UHGV virus genome: UHGV-0298424
Source: a virus
DNA length: 64,000 bases
Reading direction: 5' to 3' (one strand)
Shown here: piece by piece, positions 59,473 through 64,000 of the stretch
Layout of the letters: every line of letters starts with the position of its first letter
How positions within the stretch are numbered: the stretch's first letter is position 1
Translations under genes and position numbers: made by a program
The notes under the pieces: generated by a model
Told to the model about the DNA's origin: nothing
Seen by the model: the letters and a program-made list of their open reading frames with translations, nothing else
The model's database searches: none

Positions 59473-59865
59473 ATGGCGATCAGTGTTAAAAATGTGCGTG
59501 ACCGAATCACCAACGTAGAGAACCAAATGGCAACTGGCCCACGTGTTGATCCGCAAGTTGCGTCGAAAGCACATAACGCTGCTGATTCATTTTCAGGTTG
59601 GACACCCGGTCGATTAGATTGTGGAGGTAGCTGTAGCTGGACATGCTCAAACGGTTGTACGCATGGTTGTACGAGTTGTTCAGGTACATGTACATCGGTG
59701 TGCGTAGGAAGCTGTTCCTCTGCGTGTGGTAATCAATGCAGTGGTTGTAGCGGAACGTGTTCGGGTGGTTGTTCAGGATGTAGTGGGACTTGTAGTGGGG
59801 GATGTGCTGGACGTTGTTCCTCGGGGTGTAGCGGTTCTTGTGCAGGTGGTTGTTCTAACCCATAA
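59473..59865 (+). CDS. Cys-rich precursor-like protein A
   Basis: about 130 aa; leader-like N-terminus then DCGGSCSWTCS and about 30 Cys in C-S/T-G-x-C repeats; AAGGA SD. Confidence 0.6.
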   Translation: MAISVKNVRDRITNVENQMATGPRVDPQVASKAHNAADSFSGWTPGRLDCGGSCSWTCSNGCTHGCTSCSGTCTSVCVGSCSSACGNQCSGCSGTCSGGCSGCSGTCSGGCAGRCSSGCSGSCAGGCSNP

Positions 59866-59884
59866 AAAATAAGGATCAATTCGA

Positions 59885-60799
59885 ATGGAAGAACTTACTA
59901 GACCGACGGTATCCGATAAGCTCTACAGTAATCCGAGAACGTTAAACGTGATTACAACATCCAAATGTAATCTGGACTGTAGCTTCTGCGGCGGAGCCTA
60001 TTACATGCATAGAGAGGATACAACCGCAGAAGTACAAAAGGAAAGTATTATCGAGGCGCTGGAAAATAACCCGACTATCACAAATATCCAATGGTCAGGG
60101 GGCGAACCATTACTTGCCACGCGTAAAATTGATACCCTTATAGAAGAGATAAGGGAGAAGTATCCTCGTTGCGAACATTACCTGTATACCAACGGTTTAA
60201 AAATGCGTAAATCGCATCTACCGTTGTTAAAGGGTTTTGATAGTATCTTTTTTAGCATGGATGGATTCAAAGAATCAGAGCGTCCGTTCATGCGGATTAT
60301 CGAAGAAAAACAATACGAGGTTTTGGAGACAATTTACGAATTGAAAAATATTCGTACTTGGGCGGTTTTGACACGCGAGCGTATTGGGGATAAACGTTGG
60401 TACGAAGATATAATTGCGTTACATAACCACATTTACCATTATGGTTTTTGTGAGATGTCGCTGGTTTTGGACAAAAACATGCCAAAACCGTTATCTCCCG
60501 ATCACGTTATGAACTTTATTTACGGGTATTTTAGAATTCAGGAGAATATAGAAAGACTGAATTCGTCCAATCGAAGCGAATGTGCGTTTACGCTAAATGC
60601 GTTATTTGATGAACCCTGTAACACATGTAGTCGTTGTTTTCGCATTGAGTCTGACGGTGCCCAGAACCAAGTAAAGAACGTTGAAATCGTAACGCAACAC
60701 GGCTGTAGTGACTTGGCCAGAAAGGTTGGATTAGATGCTTACGACTATATACGTCGTGTGGTAGGGGCTAAGAATAGAGTCTCAGAAAAACTACGATAA
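59885..60799 (+). CDS. radical SAM enzyme 1 (SPASM/twitch-like)
   Basis: 304 aa; CNLDCSFC (Cx3Cx2C) at residues 28-35, SGGEPLL SAM motif, C-terminal Cys cluster EC...CNTCSRC...GC. Confidence 0.7.
   Translation: MEELTRPTVSDKLYSNPRTLNVITTSKCNLDCSFCGGAYYMHREDTTAEVQKESIIEALENNPTITNIQWSGGEPLLATRKIDTLIEEIREKYPRCEHYLYTNGLKMRKSHLPLLKGFDSIFFSMDGFKESERPFMRIIEEKQYEVLETIYELKNIRTWAVLTRERIGDKRWYEDIIALHNHIYHYGFCEMSLVLDKNMPKPLSPDHVMNFIYGYFRIQENIERLNSSNRSECAFTLNALFDEPCNTCSRCFRIESDGAQNQVKNVEIVTQHGCSDLARKVGLDAYDYIRRVVGAKNRVSEKLR
59957..60556 (+). repeat. three identical nucleotide blocks shared with radical SAM 2
   Basis: 54 nt (59957-60010 = 62919-62972), 41 nt (60191-60231 = 63153-63193) and about 84 nt (60473-60556 = 63436-63519) identical inside otherwise diverged paralogs. 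Confidence 0.6.
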
Positions 60800-60857
60800 T
60801 TTTACAGAAAGCGAATTATAATGTGTCCTAGGGGGCACTAAACCAGTAGGTATTAAA

Positions 60858-61256
60858 ATGGCGATTGGTTTATCTTCTTTAAAGGCCCGGCTAGATAACA
60901 TAGACTCTACTGCATTAAAAAATACAGGTGCGGTGCAGAACTATATTCGTGGTAAAGCCACTAATAATAGCGATCTGTTTGGAGGACAGCCGAGAAATCA
61001 CTATGACTGTGGAGGTAGCTGTAGCTGGACGTGCTCAAGTTGTTCGGGCGGCTGTACCGGCAACGCCTCCGGCGGCTGCGGTTCTTCCTGTTCAGCGAAC
61101 TGTGTTTCAGGATGTAGTACAGGTTGCACAGGTTGTAGCAGTACCTGCTCAGGAGGGTGCACAGGTAATTGCTCGGGCGGTTGTTCAAGTAGTTGCACCG
61201 GAACATGTTCAGGTTCATGTCGAGGCGGATGTCAGCAATCGTGTACTGGAAGATAA
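60858..61256 (+). CDS. Cys-rich precursor-like protein B
   Basis: 132 aa; same architecture as A with 23-nt identical stretch at the DCGGSCSWTCS codons. Confidence 0.6.
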   Translation: MAIGLSSLKARLDNIDSTALKNTGAVQNYIRGKATNNSDLFGGQPRNHYDCGGSCSWTCSSCSGGCTGNASGGCGSSCSANCVSGCSTGCTGCSSTCSGGCTGNCSGGCSSSCTGTCSGSCRGGCQQSCTGR

Positions 61257-61259
61257 GAA

Positions 61260-61463
61260 ATGATAAGTCTTAAAAACATACGCGACAGATTAGTAACGGC
61301 GGAGGGATATATCACCACCGCTAATGCAAACAACTATATTGCAAACCAAGGAACGGTTTCCTCAACCAACAATCTCGCAGGATTACCTTTAAGTCATTAT
61401 AATTGTAATGGCGGATGTAGTTGGTCGTGCAGCGGTAGCTGTAGTAAGGGGGCGGGGGGGTAA
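61260..61463 (+). CDS. Cys-rich precursor-like protein C (short core, ends in G7 run)
   Basis: 67 aa; starts 3 nt after the B stop; leader ISLKNIRDRL..., core NCNGGCSWSCSGSCSKGAGG; stop directly after the poly-G tract. Confidence 0.5.
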   Translation: MISLKNIRDRLVTAEGYITTANANNYIANQGTVSSTNNLAGLPLSHYNCNGGCSWSCSGSCSKGAGG

Positions 61464-61924
61464 GTAAGCCCTCTAGCGGTGGTTCTACGCCAACCCCTTC
61501 AAGACCAACCTACGACAACAAAGCCGTTGTTTATGTTGAGTCTAAGCTACACGCTAAAGATACTGTTCGTATCAATTTCTCTACTGGGGCTGTCTTTATT
61601 CAATGCGTAACGTTAACCGGTAGAGAGAAACCGATAAGGGTCTTTAAATCGTTACTGTCTGGAAAGTCCTACGCCTACCCTCAAGTTGCAATGGGTAATG
61701 GTATCACTGTTAATTTTACAGACGCGGCTAGTTTTAAGATAGACTCTATCGGTAATGCATCTTCTGCTTCTATCTCATTAGAAGTATTAAGTAATTCCGG
61801 CGGAAGCATGGCGATTAAGCAGCAACCGAGTAAATCAAACGGCTTTACTGCAGAATTTGAAGTTACCGGCAGGCAATGGCGTGGCGGGTTCTATACCTTG
61901 AACGTCAGATTGACCGTAAAATAA
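61448..61924 (+). CDS. possible C-terminal extension of protein C via -1 frameshift
   Basis: -1 frame open for about 158 codons from inside the G-run to 61924 with no ATG/GTG/TTG before 61691. Confidence 0.3.
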   Translation, partial: GGGGVSKPSSGGSTPTPSRPTYDNKAVVYVESKLHAKDTVRINFSTGAVFIQCVTLTGREKPIRVFKSLLSGKSYAYPQVAMGNGITVNFTDAASFKIDSIGNASSASISLEVLSNSGGSMAIKQQPSKSNGFTAEFEVTGRQWRGGFYTLNVRLTVK

Positions 61925-61936
61925 TTGGAGTAATCA

Positions 61937-62824
61937 ATGAAAAACGATTTGCATTTAGCCTATAAAACAATTTTCAACCACCCACTTCATATTTCTTCCC
62001 CCGATTCAATACGCGCTCATTTGGAAGATAAAGTTCGTTTGTTAACCCAGTTACCTGGCGAATGGCCCAAAGTGCGTGGTCGTTTTTTTACCGATCGCAA
62101 TAACTATTCAGTAGAAAACACTTTTAAAATACGCGATCTGACAGCAGAAAGCGTAGTGGTGTTTACCGGTGATTCAGATTTACGCGGTAAATTGGTTGAC
62201 GGTAAATATTTCTTTAGTGACGGTATTCTGAATAATTCTGTAGATTTGGAATTGTTCTTTACGCCATTTAAAGAGTTGAATGCGAAGCCTGTAGCACGAC
62301 GTTGGTGGTCTCCAGACTATCTTGGTTCATTCCCGTACTTTTATGCCCTGGTTCCTGTAGAAACAAAAAACTATGTTGATACTGAACCGTATATTGAAAT
62401 AGAAGGTTACGAGGAACTTGGCATCAACTGTTTAGCAGATCTGATGGCGTACAGTTACAAATTTATGTGGGATCGTGAACGTTCAGTATGGGTTGCCCTT
62501 ACAGATGAACATGAAATCACAAAACGTATTCGTAAACCATGGATGCAGCATTTAATTCAAACACGTATTGGTGAACATCCGTCATCGGAAGCAGATTTAG
62601 CGAAACTTGTTAGTTTCTTAATGACGAAAGTCACGTTAACTGATGAAGAAAAAGCGGCAGTGTCGGCGGTATTGGAACGTAACGTAACGTTAGCGGATCT
62701 AGAACGTTTAAACGTGCGTTATAAAGACCTTAATCGTATTATTGAGGCTTACAATTCACCGTTTGTATTAAAACCTGGAGTTAACGCTTACGACGATCCT
62801 TTGTTATCCATTGGCTATATTTAA
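61937..62824 (+). CDS. hypothetical protein in the radical SAM cluster
   Basis: 295-aa ORF with GGAG SD between the precursors and radical SAM 2. Confidence 0.5.
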   Translation: MKNDLHLAYKTIFNHPLHISSPDSIRAHLEDKVRLLTQLPGEWPKVRGRFFTDRNNYSVENTFKIRDLTAESVVVFTGDSDLRGKLVDGKYFFSDGILNNSVDLELFFTPFKELNAKPVARRWWSPDYLGSFPYFYALVPVETKNYVDTEPYIEIEGYEELGINCLADLMAYSYKFMWDRERSVWVALTDEHEITKRIRKPWMQHLIQTRIGEHPSSEADLAKLVSFLMTKVTLTDEEKAAVSAVLERNVTLADLERLNVRYKDLNRIIEAYNSPFVLKPGVNAYDDPLLSIGYI

Positions 62825-62831
62825 AAAATAG

Positions 62832-63770
62832 ATGGACTCACCTGCAATGACAACCTACGTAGAGCCAAGGTTATCGAATCGTTTATACAATAAACCCACC
62901 GTATTGTCCGTAGTTGCTACATCCAAATGTAATCTGGACTGTAGCTTCTGCGGCGGAGCCTATTACATGCATCGTGAAGATTCTCCGCGAGAGTTTCAAC
63001 GTGAACGAATTTTGAAAGCGTTGGCGTCTAACCCAACCATTACTGAAATTCAGTGGACTGGCGGTGAACCGCTACTGGCAACTCGAAAGATTGAGGCGTT
63101 TGTCGACGAATTAAAAACGATCCGTCCTGAACTCAAACACCAGATGTTCACGAACGGTTTAAAAATGCGTAAATCGCATCTACCGTTGTTAAAACAATTC
63201 GATGCTATATATGTTAGCATCGATGGGTTTAATCTTTCTGAACGGCCTTTTAAGCGCTTTATTGATGATAATTGTCATGAAGCGTTAGAAGTAATTTACA
63301 GCTTGAATAATGTTAACACTTGGGCTGTTGTTACGAGGGAGAATTTATCCAATAAAAGATGGCATGAAGATATCATTCAATTACATACTGCTATCTATCA
63401 TTACGGTTTTCGTTCCATGTCCTTATTACTAGATAAAAACATGCCAAAACCGTTATCTCCCGATCACGTTATGAACTTTATTTACGGGTATTTTAGAATT
63501 CAGGAGAATATAGAAAGATTAAACGTTCTAAATTCTAGAGACTGCGGTTTTATTGTAAACAGATTCTTCGATCATGCTTGTAATGTCTGTAGCGAAAGTC
63601 TCAGGATAGACGCGGACGGGGAAGAAAACCAACTTAAAAATGTACCAATAACTACAAAAGCAGGGTGTAACCAACTAGCCTCCTCAATAGGTGTAGAAGC
63701 TTACGAGTACATTCGTCGTGTAGTGATGGCAGAGCGTAATAGAGGGGCGGAAAATGAGTCAAGAAAATAG
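62832..63770 (+). CDS. radical SAM enzyme 2 (paralog of enzyme 1)
   Basis: 312 aa; CNLDCSFCGGAYYMHRED, TGGEPLL, C-terminal Cys cluster; three nucleotide blocks identical to enzyme 1. Confidence 0.7.
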   Translation: MDSPAMTTYVEPRLSNRLYNKPTVLSVVATSKCNLDCSFCGGAYYMHREDSPREFQRERILKALASNPTITEIQWTGGEPLLATRKIEAFVDELKTIRPELKHQMFTNGLKMRKSHLPLLKQFDAIYVSIDGFNLSERPFKRFIDDNCHEALEVIYSLNNVNTWAVVTRENLSNKRWHEDIIQLHTAIYHYGFRSMSLLLDKNMPKPLSPDHVMNFIYGYFRIQENIERLNVLNSRDCGFIVNRFFDHACNVCSESLRIDADGEENQLKNVPITTKAGCNQLASSIGVEAYEYIRRVVMAERNRGAENESRK

Positions 63771-64000
63771 TTATCCTAAACAACTGACTTATCAAATTGT
63801 TACAAATTTATCGTGTAACTTGGACTGTGAGTATTGTTACGAACGTAAGTATCCCCGTAATAACAAAGCGGCGGATATTGTTGATTTTCTACACGCTTGT
63901 TTTGAACGAGATAAAGATCTGACAAACATCGAGGTCGTTATCGATATCATCGGTGGTGAGCCGTTTATGCAGCCTAAACTATTAAAGGCGGCATTTGAAA
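63754..64000 (+). CDS. radical SAM enzyme 3 (partial, runs off window)
   Basis: ATG 63754 overlaps enzyme 2 stop; own translation MSQENSYPKQLTYQIVTNLSCNLDCEYCYERK...IGGEPFM. Confidence 0.6.
   Translation, partial: MSQENSYPKQLTYQIVTNLSCNLDCEYCYERKYPRNNKAADIVDFLHACFERDKDLTNIEVVIDIIGGEPFMQPKLLKAAFE

Noticed and set aside
59600-61260. Short tandem repeats in the Cys-rich genes as a possible CRISPR array or minisatellite
   Set aside because: The repeats are imperfect codon-level repeats inside ORFs with SD sites, not direct repeats with unique spacers.
60928-61263. Alternative-frame ORFs overlapping Cys-rich gene B (60928..61263 plus, 60961..61218 and 61001..61198 minus)
   Set aside because: Artefacts of the repetitive GC-rich TGY/AGY/GGN codon pattern; frame 60858..61256 has the start, SD and conserved motif shared with genes A and C.
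59473-61463. Cys-rich proteins as metallothionein-like metal binders or unmodified adhesins
   Set aside because: Not excluded, but three co-located radical SAM genes and a conserved leader make enzymatic modification the simpler explanation; kept as an alternative in the main finding.

Overview
This 64-kb window looks like part of a large virulent tailed phage genome, probably infecting Enterobacteriaceae (the thymidylate synthase is very E. coli-like and a DUF1471/BhsA-type domain is present). It is gene-dense with no rRNA, tRNA or CRISPR recognised by eye. Layout: (i) 1-22.5 kb, a minus-strand block of mostly small genes including a MazG-like NTP pyrophosphatase, thymidylate synthase with two insertions, an HTH protein, an RNase H fusion and a DEDDh exonuclease; (ii) 23-25 kb, two plus-strand genes bracketed by bidirectional terminators; (iii) 25-41.2 kb, a second minus-strand block with a secreted lytic transglycosylase, a TARG1-like macrodomain, a GNAT acetyltransferase, a Rad50/SbcC-like ATPase with zinc hook, five consecutive small secreted proteins and a four-gene tandem paralog array; (iv) a 420-bp divergent intergenic region; (v) 41.6-59.4 kb, a plus-strand structural module with three giant tail-fibre proteins (1440, 1393 and 1728 aa) and a 399-aa coiled-coil fibre that share an N-terminal domain. 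The most unusual locus is 59.4-64.0 kb, directly after the fibres: three paralogous Cys/Gly/Ser/Thr-rich precursor-like genes with a shared leader and DCGGSCSWTCS motif, interleaved with three radical SAM (CNLDCxxC, GGEP, C-terminal Cys cluster) genes. This resembles a RiPP-type (sacti-/ranthipeptide-like) maturation system, or radical-SAM modification of fibre-associated proteins, and I do not recognise it as a described phage system. One precursor ends in a G7 run after which an open -1 frame continues for about 158 codons. Most other ORFs are hypothetical. Coordinates follow the supplied ORF track, with starts adjusted where an ATG with a Shine-Dalgarno was evident. All functional calls come from motif reading, not database searches.
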